64,000 bases of DNA from an uncultured delta proteobacterium (GTDB lineage: Bacteria > Myxococcota_A > Polyangia > Polyangiales > Polyangiaceae), in NCBI GenBank assembly GCA_963782055.1, contig CAWAIF010000003.1, positions 5,344,001 through 5,408,000 on the forward strand, written 5' to 3'. The translations under genes and the position numbers were made by a program. This document shows, piece after piece, positions 38,114 to 48,489 of this stretch. Position 1 is the stretch's first letter. Each line of letters begins with the position of its first letter. The notes under the pieces were generated by a model. That model was not told where the DNA came from. It ran no database searches and saw only the letters and a program-made list of their open reading frames with translations.

Positions 38114-38633
38114 GAAGCCCGCCACGCGGAGCCGCCAAGAGAACGCGCTGGGCGCGTAGCCCGGCGATGGCGGACAAGCTGTTCTCGGTCCTGCGGCGCA
38201 CCGCCGTCGACAGCCCGAACACTTCCCGGGCCACCTTGGCCACATGCATGGCGAGCGCAGGGTTGTCCATCGTGCGCGCCAGCAGCGCGGTTGCCATCCC
38301 CTCGAGATTTTGCAGCTCGTGGCCCAGACCGACCTCGCCGGCGACAAGGTCCTCGAGGATGCGCTCGGCGGGGTCGCCGTCCGATTGGGCTTCGAGCGTC
38401 TCGCGCGCCCGCCGGGCCAACGTCAGGCTCGCGTCCGAGATGGTGAGATGCGCGAGGCTCACGGCGCGGTTGGAGCTGGCCGCACGCCGCTGCCGCTCCA
38501 GCTCGTTCGCCTCCTCGTGGGTCATCAGCTCCTGCGCGACCTCCGGCTCCGACGCGGTGGCGTCCACCAGCGTCACCTCTTCGGTGGCTGATGAGTTCAC
38601 CACCCGGAGTCCGGCGGTCCGTCGGATGCTCAT
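38106..38633 (-). CDS. Helical hypothetical protein
   Basis: ATGA coupling, operon context. Confidence 0.6.
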   Translation of the reverse strand: MSIRRTAGLRVVNSSATEEVTLVDATASEPEVAQELMTHEEANELERQRRAASSNRAVSLAHLTISDASLTLARRARETLEAQSDGDPAERILEDLVAGEVGLGHELQNLEGMATALLARTMDNPALAMHVAKVAREVFGLSTAVRRRTENSLSAIAGLRAQRVLLAAPRGGLRG

Positions 38634-39136
38634 GGGCGCCCCGCCGGGGAGGGGACCATGGGCCCCTCGTCGAGGAGGGTGGAGTAGGTGGCGAACTCGC
38701 GCGCCGCAGCACGTTCGGCCCCCTCCGCGCGGGCCTCCGCATCGTCAAGCGAGCGCCCCATGCCGGCCTTGTCGTCGGCCCGGCCCAAGAGCACCGGACG
38801 GCGGCGCCTCAAGCTGGCGCGGACGTGAGCGTGGTGCTCCTGACTTTGAGCGGCCAGGTCGCGGAGCTCGAGGATGTCATCGTCGGTAACCACCACCACC
38901 TTCGGGGCGACGGAACGCGCGCCCCGGCGCCACGCCAATGCATCCTCCAGCGTCGCCCCCGCCGCAAGCGCGAGCAGTACTTGTTCCACGCGCGCAAGTG
39001 CGCGAGCGGCGGCTTGCGGGTCGCGGACGTCGGGGAGCCATTCGGGGCCATGTTCACGCAGCTGCGTGAGCAGCCAGTGATGGATTGCCTCATCCGGAGA
39101 GGCCTTGGCGGGTGTGACCGATGTAACGTTTGTCAT
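38630..39136 (-). CDS. Hypothetical protein
   Basis: GGGAGA RBS, operon context. Confidence 0.6.
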   Translation of the reverse strand: MTNVTSVTPAKASPDEAIHHWLLTQLREHGPEWLPDVRDPQAAARALARVEQVLLALAAGATLEDALAWRRGARSVAPKVVVVTDDDILELRDLAAQSQEHHAHVRASLRRRRPVLLGRADDKAGMGRSLDDAEARAEGAERAAAREFATYSTLLDEGPMVPSPAGRP

Positions 39137-39197
39137 GTGATTCTCCCGTGAGTGTATTGTCCGCCGTGCACCACCCCGAAGGGAAGACGTGCTCTCT

Positions 39198-40712
39198 TCA
39201 TCTGGAAAGTAGAGTCAACGCTTCATCAAGGTGGCGCACGGCGTCTGCCCATCGGGCGGGCGCGCCCGCGCGGACCGACGCGGGGGGGTGACGCTCGTTC
39301 TCCTCGGCGAGTCGCTGGATGTCCTCCCGTACTGAGCGCAGCCGAGACAGCACGCGCCGCGTCCGTGGCCCATCCGGTCCTGCAGCCACCCTCGTAGGCG
39401 TCGTCGCTGGCTGGGCCTTGCCTAGGAGCGTGAGCGCCCCGCGCGCCGTGGGACTCCTGCCCTGCGCTTTCGTCGTCCTGAGGTAGTCCTCGAAGATGCG
39501 GGCCGGCACGCTCGCGAGCTGCTCGAACCTCGAGCACTCTTGCTTGGAAATGCCGAGGTCCGATAGTGCCGTCGCCTTCGGCGTCGTGAAATGGGTCGCA
39601 ACGTGCGACCTATTCCCCTTGCGCCCCGCCGGAGCCTGCGGGAGCTCCCGCGTGAGCTCGCCCAGTCGACGGCGAGCGCGCAGGAAAATCTCGTCGGCCG
39701 CCACACGCGCGGCCTCGGCGGCGAGTGCGGAGCGTAGGTAGGCGCGCACCGCGGCTGCGCGGTCCACGAGGTCTTTCGCCTCGGCCACATGGTGGCAGCG
39801 GACCAGTACGTCACGCGCCTGCTCGACGTGGGCGGCCAGCTCCTCTGGGCCCATGAGCACGAGCGCCGTGCTGGGCTGAGGCTGCGTATCGGCTTGGGCG
39901 GGCGGTGGCGATGCCGGCGTAGCCTGCGGCTCGGGGGAGGCCGCGGCCTCCCTGGCCGTGACGCTGGCGTGGAGTCGGGCAATCGCATCGCTCAGGGCGG
40001 GGGTCAGCATGATCTCTCGCATGTGCTCCGGGGTGTCGAGTCGCCGCCGCACTCCCTCGAGTACGCTGGGGTAGAGGGCGAGCAGGAGTGCATCGAGCTC
40101 GGCGCGGCGAGCTTGGCCGCCGCCGCCGCCGCGCTCAAGACCAACCCGTTCGTGCGTCAAGCTAACGAACCGCGCCATGTCCGGCGTGCGCTCGGCCACC
40201 GGGACCGCCCACTGAGTCAGCGGCGCCAGCTGGATGCCTTCAAGTCCATCGCGGACCGCGGCAGGAAGCCGGGGAGCGGGAGTCACGGTCGTGATGCTCT
40301 TGCCGTTCACCGTCATGGTGAACGTCTGGCGCGCCCATTGCGACGGGGGCGGACGCTCTGGGCCAACCGGCATCAGCCCAAGTGGAGGGGCCGAGCGGCG
40401 GGCGGCGGATGCTCGCAGCAGTTCCACGAGCGCCCGACGGGCACCGGGGTACGCGTCGACCACCTGCAGCCCAAACAGGTTCGCTGCGGCTACGTTACCG
40501 GCGCGCGTGTACGTCTCGAAGCGCTTGAACAAAGCGGGCAGGCCCAGAGGATAGTCGCCCGTCAGGTCCGCGGAGTCTTGGACGCGCGCGCGAATGAGGC
40601 GGACGAGCGGCTCCGCCTCCGCGGCGGCCGCGATGGTCTCGGCGACGCCCGTCAGCGCCGCGTCGGAGTCGCCGAGCGCGCCCCCTGGCGATGGGATGTT
40701 GTCGCGCATCAT
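39198..40712 (-). CDS. Two-domain hypothetical protein with phage-like C-terminal helical/HTH domain
   Basis: VAEAKDLVDRAAAVRAY..EIFLRARRRLGEL..LSDLGISKQECSRFEQLA. Confidence 0.65.
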   Translation of the reverse strand: MMRDNIPSPGGALGDSDAALTGVAETIAAAAEAEPLVRLIRARVQDSADLTGDYPLGLPALFKRFETYTRAGNVAAANLFGLQVVDAYPGARRALVELLRASAARRSAPPLGLMPVGPERPPPSQWARQTFTMTVNGKSITTVTPAPRLPAAVRDGLEGIQLAPLTQWAVPVAERTPDMARFVSLTHERVGLERGGGGGQARRAELDALLLALYPSVLEGVRRRLDTPEHMREIMLTPALSDAIARLHASVTAREAAASPEPQATPASPPPAQADTQPQPSTALVLMGPEELAAHVEQARDVLVRCHHVAEAKDLVDRAAAVRAYLRSALAAEAARVAADEIFLRARRRLGELTRELPQAPAGRKGNRSHVATHFTTPKATALSDLGISKQECSRFEQLASVPARIFEDYLRTTKAQGRSPTARGALTLLGKAQPATTPTRVAAGPDGPRTRRVLSRLRSVREDIQRLAEENERHPPASVRAGAPARWADAVRHLDEALTLLSR

Positions 40713-40741
40713 TGGCTGGAGTATGTATCACAATCTCCAAC

Positions 40742-41368
40742 ATGAAGCCATACACGTTCACGGCCGGGCAGGTGGTCGACCTCACCGGGATGAGCAAGCC
40801 GGTGCTCTCGGACCTCATCCGGCGCGGCATTCTTGCCCCGACCAGACATCGCGGGGCGGGCACGGGCGACAACCACCTCTTCGACACGGCGGACCTCCTC
40901 GGCATCGCGAGCGTCCAACGTCTTCGTCCGAAGGGCGAGACCACGAGCCTACTCAGAACCCTCTTCGAGTTCTGGCATTCCGACGAGGGCCTGCGTTTGG
41001 TCGACGGCCCGCGTCCCATCGCCGGGGTGGTCGTCATCGACGGCAAGGGAGTCTCCTTCCTGGCGGAGACGGACGTTGTGAGGCTGAGCGCATTGGTGAA
41101 GTCGGCGGCCTTCTACGTCATCGAGCCAAACAGTTTGGCGGAGGACTTGTTTGGCGACGTCGCGCACTTCCGCATGACCCACGAGCACATGGAGCCCTTG
41201 CCATCCGGACGTGAGCCGCGCCTCCGGCCGGCGGCGACGAAGAAGCCCCGCAAGGGCGGCGACACCAAGCCCGGGAAGAACAAGAAAAAGCTGCCCGCGC
41301 TGCTGCGTGAGTCCCGCGCGAAGTTGGAGACGAAGAAGCCCGGGAAGAAGAACGGGGGGAACAATTGA
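40742..41368 (+). CDS. MerR-like HTH regulator
   Basis: FTAGQVVDLTGMSKPVLSDLIRRGILAP..FDTADL. Confidence 0.7.
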   Translation: MKPYTFTAGQVVDLTGMSKPVLSDLIRRGILAPTRHRGAGTGDNHLFDTADLLGIASVQRLRPKGETTSLLRTLFEFWHSDEGLRLVDGPRPIAGVVVIDGKGVSFLAETDVVRLSALVKSAAFYVIEPNSLAEDLFGDVAHFRMTHEHMEPLPSGREPRLRPAATKKPRKGGDTKPGKNKKKLPALLRESRAKLETKKPGKKNGGNN

Positions 41369-41721
41369 GCCAACAGTACGACGACGACTTCCCGATGCCG
41401 CCCGACCTGGTCGCCGAGCACGAGTACATCCTCACGCACGGCGAGCCGTACAACCCCCGTCCCATCCGCCTCCGGTCGCGTGGAGCGCCGGCATCGACCC
41501 GGGAAGAAGTAGCGCGCTTCCAGCGGCGCTGTCGCATGCGTGCTCGCCGGGCGAGTGTGCGCGGCCGTACTCCTCCCACCCGCCGGGCTCCGCGGTCACG
41601 TGGCCCCCGCGCCCGCGTCGGCCACGTCCACACCACGGCGACACCGCCGGCGCCGAGCTCCGACCCACCACCACCGCCCAGGCCGCCACCGCCGCCCTCG
41701 TTGCCGGGAGCGGCGCGATGA
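41365..41721 (+). CDS. Hypothetical protein
   Basis: 4-nt overlaps on both sides (TTGA, ATGA). Confidence 0.45.
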   Translation: MSQQYDDDFPMPPDLVAEHEYILTHGEPYNPRPIRLRSRGAPASTREEVARFQRRCRMRARRASVRGRTPPTRRAPRSRGPRARVGHVHTTATPPAPSSDPPPPPRPPPPPSLPGAAR

Positions 41722-42275
41722 CCCGCAGGTCCTTCCCGCCGTTCGTCACGACCACGGTCGCCGCGGCGTACTGCGGCTACAAGGACGCGAGCGCCATCCG
41801 CAAAGCGCATCGCGAGGGACGCCTGCGGCCGGTGGGTCGCCGCGGCGGGACCGGCCCGTGGATGTGGGCGCTCGACGAGCTCGACCGATACCTGCGGGGG
41901 GAGCCACCGGCTGATACAATCGCGTCGGACCGCCTGAGTGCGCCCTCCGACCCTGGAGAAGTGCATGAAGGACAAGAAGCAGTGGTTGTACCGATGGAAG
42001 AACTGGCTCAGGGCCAGCGCCGTTCCGGGCGTCTGGCAGAGAAAGGAGGGCGGCCACTTCGTGCGGGTCCGCGTGATGGACCCGACGTCGGGGCACATGA
42101 AGGAAATCAAGAGGTCGCTCCCGGAAGCGGACGAGGCCACGGCCTACAAGTGGCTGAGCGAGGAGAAGAAGCGCATCCGCGCCGGGCTCGCCTCGGCGCC
42201 GCCTCAGCAGACGCGCTTCGCCGACTTCGTGACGTCCTTGGTGGAGCAAAAGGTGGCGAACAGGGACATCAGTAG
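41718..42275 (+). CDS. Excisionase-like HTH protein, overlaps integrase 5' end
   Basis: VTTTVAAAYCGY..AIRKAHREGRL..WALDELDRYL. Confidence 0.7.
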   Translation: MTRRSFPPFVTTTVAAAYCGYKDASAIRKAHREGRLRPVGRRGGTGPWMWALDELDRYLRGEPPADTIASDRLSAPSDPGEVHEGQEAVVVPMEELAQGQRRSGRLAEKGGRPLRAGPRDGPDVGAHEGNQEVAPGSGRGHGLQVAERGEEAHPRRARLGAASADALRRLRDVLGGAKGGEQGHQ

Positions 42276-43296
42276 CGCCAAGGGTCGCGAGCGTTGGCGA
42301 CACACGCTGACGCATCTCATCGCGGGCACGAAGGGCGAGAAGTCCGGCACCTTCGTTCCGGGGTTCGGGGAGTACTACATCGACCGGTTGCACGTGACGC
42401 ACGTCGAAGCCTGGCGGACGGGAATCGCCACGCTCATCGTGGCGGGGGACTACTCCCCGAACACGTGCAACAGCTGGCTCGCGATTCTGCGGGTCATCAT
42501 GCGAGCCGCGAAGAAGACCTTCGGGCTCGCCCACCTGGCCACCGAGGACGTGAAGGACTTCGACACGTCGGAGTTCGACACGTACACGGAGGAGGAGCCC
42601 AACGCGCTGCTCCCCGAGGAGGTGGGCCTCTTCTTCGAGGCCATGCGCACGCGGTACCCACAGTACTATGCCATGGCCTACCTCGGCCTCGTCACGGGCC
42701 TGCGACCGTCGTCGCTTCGCCCGCTGCGCCGCCGAGGACCGGAGGCTGACTTGCTCTGGGAGGAGGGGCGACTGCGGGTGCGTCGCTCGCAGACGCTCGG
42801 CAACGAGGTGATGAACACCACCAAGCAGAAGCGCAAGTACACCATCGACCTTCCGGAGGAGGTGATGGGGGTGCTGCGCTGGCACGTCGAGACGCAGCTC
42901 TCGACGCCGGAGCAGAAGGCGTCCGAGCTGCTCTTCCCCTCGGTCAGCGGGGGCTTCCGTTCGCCTTCCGTCCTCAACAAGCCGTTCGCCGAGGTGGCGG
43001 AGGAAATCGGGCTGGGCAAGAAGTTCACCCAGCGCGGGCTCCGCCGCACGTTCAACGACCTCGCCCGCATCGCGCAGGTGAGCGACGTGGTGACCCGGAG
43101 CATCTCCGGTCACCTCACCCAGAAGATGCAGGACCACTACTCGACGCCGAGCGCGGACGAGAAGCGGCAGAGCATCGCGCGCGTCATCGAGCTGGCCAGC
43201 CGCCGGCCGGCTCCCGCCCCCTCCCCTCCGGGAGGTGGTGCTCCAGGTGGTGCTCCGAACGCCGGAGGTGGTGCTCCCAACGACAAAGCCGGCTGA
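41965..43296 (+). CDS. Tyrosine integrase
   Basis: TGLRPSSL, TTK, RGLRRTF, ISGH, HY; adjacent to tRNA 3' end. Confidence 0.92.
   Translation: MKDKKQWLYRWKNWLRASAVPGVWQRKEGGHFVRVRVMDPTSGHMKEIKRSLPEADEATAYKWLSEEKKRIRAGLASAPPQQTRFADFVTSLVEQKVANRDISSAKGRERWRHTLTHLIAGTKGEKSGTFVPGFGEYYIDRLHVTHVEAWRTGIATLIVAGDYSPNTCNSWLAILRVIMRAAKKTFGLAHLATEDVKDFDTSEFDTYTEEEPNALLPEEVGLFFEAMRTRYPQYYAMAYLGLVTGLRPSSLRPLRRRGPEADLLWEEGRLRVRRSQTLGNEVMNTTKQKRKYTIDLPEEVMGVLRWHVETQLSTPEQKASELLFPSVSGGFRSPSVLNKPFAEVAEEIGLGKKFTQRGLRRTFNDLARIAQVSDVVTRSISGHLTQKMQDHYSTPSADEKRQSIARVIELASRRPAPAPSPPGGGAPGGAPNAGGGAPNDKAG
43233..43277 (+). repeat. Three copies of AGGTGGTGCTCC, candidate integrase arm-type sites
   Basis: 43233-43244, 43245-43256, 43266-43277. 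Confidence 0.65.
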
Positions 43297-43335
43297 GGGA
43301 CACCCTCAACCGGCCAATTTTCAGCGCTTTTTTCG

Positions 43336-43407
43336 AGCGGGAGAAGGGATTCGAACCCTCGACGTCCACCTTGGCAAGGTGGCACTCTACCACTGAGTTA
43401 CTCCCGC
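43336..43407 (-). tRNA. tRNA-Gly (GCC), no encoded CCA; probable integration site
   Basis: GCGGGAG/CTCCCGC acceptor stem, CCACC-TTGCCAA-GGTGG anticodon arm, TTCGAAT T-loop. Confidence 0.97.
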
Positions 43408-43515
43408 AGTGGGGACGCGGTTTCTACCACGCCGGGTGCCCGTGTCAACGGCGATACCGACGGCACCCTCCGGCAATTCTGACGGAAAAACGCGGCCGTG
43501 CGATAACGGCACCGG

Positions 43516-44268
43516 ATGATCGACCGGGCGACCTACGTCACCCTCGCCGTGGCGATGCTCGGCCTCGCCGTGGTGACCTTCCTCGCCCTGCGCTTCGTGG
43601 TCGCACCCTACGGGCGCCACGCGCGGCCCGGGTGGGGTCCCACCCTCCCCGAGCGGCTGGGGTGGATGGTGATGGAGAGCCCCTCCCTCGTGCTCTTCGC
43701 CGCGATCTTCGCCGTCGGAGCGCATCGCGCCCAGGCCGCGCCCATCGCCCTCGCCGCGATGTGGCTCACGCACTACGGGCACCGCACCCTGGTCTATCCC
43801 TTCCGCCTGCGCGGTCACAAGCACATGCCCGCGATGGTGGTCGTGCTCGGCTTCGGCTTCAACCTCCTCAACGCCACCATCAACGCCAGCTGGATCTCCG
43901 GGCTGGGCACCTACCCGGCCGGGTGGATCACCGGCGGGCGCTTCCTCGCGGGCGCCGCCCTCTTCGTCGCGGGCATGGCCGTCAACCTGGACGCCGACCG
44001 GCGCCTCTTCGCGCTGCGCCGCGAGGCGCAGGGCTACGCCATCCCGCGCGGCGGCCTGTACACCTGGGTCAGCTGCCCCAACTACCTCGGCGAGATCGTG
44101 GAGTGGTCCGGGTGGGCGCTGGCGAGCTGGTCGCTCGGCGGCGCGGCCTTCGCCGTCTACACGATCGCCAACCTGGCGCCACGCGCGGCGTCACACCACG
44201 CGTGGTACCTGCAGCGGTTTTCGGAGTACCCGCGCGAGCGCCGGGCGCTCGTGCCGTTCGTCTGGTGA
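43516..44268 (+). CDS. 3-oxo-5-alpha-steroid 4-dehydrogenase family membrane protein
   Basis: APYGRH, GWMVMESP, YAIPRGGL..VSCPNYLGEIVEW, HHAWY. Confidence 0.92.
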   Translation: MIDRATYVTLAVAMLGLAVVTFLALRFVVAPYGRHARPGWGPTLPERLGWMVMESPSLVLFAAIFAVGAHRAQAAPIALAAMWLTHYGHRTLVYPFRLRGHKHMPAMVVVLGFGFNLLNATINASWISGLGTYPAGWITGGRFLAGAALFVAGMAVNLDADRRLFALRREAQGYAIPRGGLYTWVSCPNYLGEIVEWSGWALASWSLGGAAFAVYTIANLAPRAASHHAWYLQRFSEYPRERRALVPFVW

Positions 44269-44844
44269 TCAGCCGGGACCGGCGTCCTTCGGCGGGGGGA
44301 AGCCGCCGTCGAACGAGGGCGCGCAGACCATCAGCCCGCCGAAGGCCGGCCGGCAGGTGTCCGGCGGCGTGCACTCGGAGGAGTCCTCGCAGAGCTGCGG
44401 GTTCTGGTAGCCACCCTTGCACGCCTGCTGGCAGGTGGCGGTGATCTTCTGGTTCTGGAAGGCGCCGCAGCACACCTCCCCGTTGGGGCAGCTCTTGGCG
44501 CTGGAGCAGTCGAGCTGGGCGCCCTGACACTGGCCGCCCTTGGCGACGCACGTCGTGCCCTGCTGGGTCGCGCAGCAGAACTCGGTGTCGGCGTTGCACG
44601 TGGCCTTGCCGCAGGTGATGGTGCCGCCTGTCGTCGTGCCGGAGTCGGTGCCGATGACCCCACCATCGACGCCCGTGGAGCCGTCGGGGTTGGTGGTGCC
44701 GGTGTCGGTACCGGTGCTCGCGTCGTTGCCTGTCGAGGCGTCTCCCTGTCCATCGTCCACCGTGCTGCCGCCGCACGCGCCGGCGACGACGGCGAGGATG
44801 GCGAGAGAGGTCACGGCAACGAACCCACGTCGGAAAGTAAGCAT
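44269..44844 (-). CDS. Cys-rich lipoprotein
   Basis: Signal with AGAC lipobox; many Cys. Confidence 0.75.
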   Translation of the reverse strand: MLTFRRGFVAVTSLAILAVVAGACGGSTVDDGQGDASTGNDASTGTDTGTTNPDGSTGVDGGVIGTDSGTTTGGTITCGKATCNADTEFCCATQQGTTCVAKGGQCQGAQLDCSSAKSCPNGEVCCGAFQNQKITATCQQACKGGYQNPQLCEDSSECTPPDTCRPAFGGLMVCAPSFDGGFPPPKDAGPG

Positions 44845-44989
44845 GCGTCTTCTCCTCGGGCGTGCAGTGTAAAGCAACCTGCAGCGCCGCACACGGGTGC
44901 AGTGTGCCGCGCGGCGGTGTCGAAAAATTCCAGCGGTGCGGGCGCTCGGTCCACGCCCTGCGGGTCGTCGGCCGGCGCTCGGCCAGACC

Positions 44990-46219
44990 TCACTCGAAGC
45001 GCAGGGCGTCGATGGGCTCGAGCTGCGACGCCTTGTGCGCCGGGTAGAGGCCGAACACCACGCCGACGAATGCGCTGAAGCCGAAGGAGACGGCGATGAC
45101 CTGCGGCTGCACCAGCATCGGCCAGCGGAAGCGGGCGGCGAGCAGGATGGCGGTCCCCAGACCCAGCGTGACGCCGATGAGGCCGCCGGCCATGGAGAGG
45201 ACGAGCGCCTCGATGAGGAACTGCGCGCGGATCTGGCCGGGCTTGGCGCCGATGGCCATGCGAATGCCGATCTCGCGGGTGCGCTCGGTCACGCTCACCA
45301 GCATGATGTTCATGATGCCGATGCCGCCCACGAGCAGCGACACGGCGGCGACGCTGGCGAGCAGGGTGGTCATGGTCTCGGTGCCCTGCGCGCGGGCGCC
45401 GGCGATCTCGCTCAGGTTGCGGATGGAGAAGTCGTCGTCCTGGCCGGACAGAATGTGGTGCCTGTCGCGGAGCAGCTCGCTGATGCCCTTCTCCGCGCGC
45501 GCCGTCGACTCCGAGTCGACGGCCTCCACCATGATGGCGCCCTGCACGTACTTGGAGAGCCCGCCCTGGACCTTCTGCGCGAAGGTCGTGTAGGGGATGA
45601 ACGCCGCGTCGTCGTAGTCCTGACCGTTGGCCGACTGCCCCTTCGCCGCCGCGACGCCGACGACCTGGAACGGGGTCGTGCCGATGCGCACCGTCTGACC
45701 CACCGGGTTGGCGTTGGCGCCGAAGAGCTTGTCGGAGACCGTCTTGCCCAGCACCACCACCTTGGTGCCGCCCTCGACGTCGATGCTGGTGAAGCTCGCG
45801 CCGAGCGCGATGGGCCAGTTGCGGATCTGGAAGTACTCCGGGCTGGTGCCGGTGATGCTCGTCGTCCAGTTCTGGTCCTCGCTCACCACCGGGAGGTTGG
45901 CGCGCATCGAAGGGGCGACCGCCTTGACGCTCGGCACCTCCGTCCCCATGGCCCGCACGTCGTCCCACGTGAGCGTCGGCATGGTGCCGAAGCCGCCGTG
46001 GACGCCGCCGGCGGTGGTGGACCCCGGCAGCACGATGAGCATGTTGGTGCCCATGGAGGCGAAGGCCTGCTCGACCTGCGCCTTGGCGCCCGCGCCGATG
46101 GCCATCATGGCGATGACCGCGCCGACGCCGATGATGATGCCCAGCGTCGTGAGGAACGCGCGCATCTTGTTGCGGAGGATGGCGCGGAGGGCGACGCGCA
46201 GCGTCTGGAAGGCGTTCAT
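44990..46219 (-). CDS. MacB/FtsX-like ABC permease
   Basis: LLVGGIGIMNIMLVSVTERTREIGIRMAIGA. Confidence 0.95.
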   Translation of the reverse strand: MNAFQTLRVALRAILRNKMRAFLTTLGIIIGVGAVIAMMAIGAGAKAQVEQAFASMGTNMLIVLPGSTTAGGVHGGFGTMPTLTWDDVRAMGTEVPSVKAVAPSMRANLPVVSEDQNWTTSITGTSPEYFQIRNWPIALGASFTSIDVEGGTKVVVLGKTVSDKLFGANANPVGQTVRIGTTPFQVVGVAAAKGQSANGQDYDDAAFIPYTTFAQKVQGGLSKYVQGAIMVEAVDSESTARAEKGISELLRDRHHILSGQDDDFSIRNLSEIAGARAQGTETMTTLLASVAAVSLLVGGIGIMNIMLVSVTERTREIGIRMAIGAKPGQIRAQFLIEALVLSMAGGLIGVTLGLGTAILLAARFRWPMLVQPQVIAVSFGFSAFVGVVFGLYPAHKASQLEPIDALRFE

Positions 46220-46283
46220 GCCTTCCCTCCCTGCGGGCGGTCGGCATGGTCATGCCGCTCGCCCTGCGGGCTCGCTTGCATGG

Positions 46284-47018
<735 letters not shown>

Positions 47019-47025
47019 CGCGCGC

Positions 47026-48402
47026 TCAGAGCCTGAAGTGCATGCCGCCGCCGCCGGAGGGAGGAGGCGCCGACGAAGACGAGGTCGCGTCGGTGACGAC
47101 CTTCTCCCCCGCCTTCAGATCGCCGCTGGTGATCTCGGTGTAGGTGCCGTCGGTGAGGCCGGTCTTCACCGAGACCTGCGCGGGCGCGCCGCCACGCATG
47201 ACCCATAGGGGGCGCTCGGTGGAGGCGGCGGCGCCCGCGTTGCCATGGCCCCCGTGAGCCGCCGACCCCTCGGGCGAGGCGCTGCCCGCCGCACGACCGC
47301 CGCCGGCGCGCGCGCTGCCGGCCGGCCTCGCGCCGCCCGCCCCCTTCGTGCGAGCGGTGCTCGCCGCGCCCGGCATGCGGAAGCGCAGGGCGGCGTTGGG
47401 AACCGCGAGCGCGTTGTCGCGCTGGTCGTAGATGATGGTGACGTTCGCCGTCATGCCGGGGCGCAGCTTGAGGTCTGTGTTGTCCACCGCGATGACGGCG
47501 TCATAGGTGACCACGTTCTGCAGCGTCTGCGCGGCGTTGCGGATCTGCGCGATGGTGCCGCGGAAGGTGCGGCCGGGGAAGGCGTCGACCGTGAAGCGCG
47601 CCTGCTGGCCCGCCTCCAGGCGCCCCACGTCGCCCTCCGAGACGTTGGTGTCGACCTGCATCTTGCTCAGGTCGCCGGCGATGGTGAAGAGCACCGGCGC
47701 CTGCAGCGAGGCGGCGACGGTCTGGCCGACGTCCACGTTGCGCGAGATCACCGTGCCGTCGATCGGCGAGAAGATGCTGGTGTACGAGAGGTTGACCTGC
47801 GTCTGGTTGAGCGAGGCCCGCGCCTGCTGGAGCGAGGCGTTGGCGACGTCGATGCCCGCCTTGGCGAGGGTCAGGTTGGTCTCGGCCGTATCCACGTCTT
47901 GCTGGGCCGCCAGGCCCTGCGCGTGAAGCGCGCTGGTGCGATCGAAGACGCGCTTGGCGTCGGTGAGGCGCGCCTTCGCCTGCGTGAGGCTCGCCTGCGC
48001 CGAGAGGAAGTTCGCGCGCGACTGCGCGACGGCCGCCTCGATCAGCTGCGGGTCGATCTTCGCGATGAGCTCCCCCTTCTTCACGGGCGAGTTGAAATCG
48101 ACGTAGAGCTTCTGCACGCGGCCGGAGACCTGGCTGCCCACCTGCACGGTCGTGACGGCCTGCAGCGTGCCCGACGCCGTGACCTTGCCGACGATGCGAC
48201 GCATCTCCGCCGGGGCGGTCTTGTACTCCACCGCCGGGGCCGCGTGGGTCGTGCGGTAGTGCCAGTAGTAGAGCCCGCCCGCGATCCCGCACGCCAGCAC
48301 CAGGAGCCAGACCAGGTTCTTGCGCCAGCGCGAGAACCACGCCGCGACCGGGCTGGCGGTCGTCTGGTGCTGCTCGCTGACGGAGGAGGTCTGCATGGTC
48401 AC
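47026..48402 (-). CDS. MacA-like periplasmic adaptor
   Basis: VQVGSQVSG, SPIDGTVI, LRPGMTA. Confidence 0.93.
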   Translation of the reverse strand: MTMQTSSVSEQHQTTASPVAAWFSRWRKNLVWLLVLACGIAGGLYYWHYRTTHAAPAVEYKTAPAEMRRIVGKVTASGTLQAVTTVQVGSQVSGRVQKLYVDFNSPVKKGELIAKIDPQLIEAAVAQSRANFLSAQASLTQAKARLTDAKRVFDRTSALHAQGLAAQQDVDTAETNLTLAKAGIDVANASLQQARASLNQTQVNLSYTSIFSPIDGTVISRNVDVGQTVAASLQAPVLFTIAGDLSKMQVDTNVSEGDVGRLEAGQQARFTVDAFPGRTFRGTIAQIRNAAQTLQNVVTYDAVIAVDNTDLKLRPGMTANVTIIYDQRDNALAVPNAALRFRMPGAASTARTKGAGGARPAGSARAGGGRAAGSASPEGSAAHGGHGNAGAAASTERPLWVMRGGAPAQVSVKTGLTDGTYTEITSGDLKAGEKVVTDATSSSSAPPPSGGGGMHFRL

Positions 48403-48489
48403 GGCACTGGATTGGACGACCGCGCTGGGGCGCGGCGCACGGGCCTTTGCAAAGCTTTACCCTTGCAGAACCCGGACCACCACTCTTGC

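Larger units (their letters stand above)
1..43407. mobile_element. tRNA-Gly-integrated element (left boundary outside window)
   Basis: Integrase and xis at tRNA 3' end; accessory genes to the left, housekeeping-type genes to the right. Confidence 0.75.

Noticed and set aside
1..43335. Second att copy (tRNA-Gly 3' fragment)
   Set aside because: Not found by eye; probably outside the window
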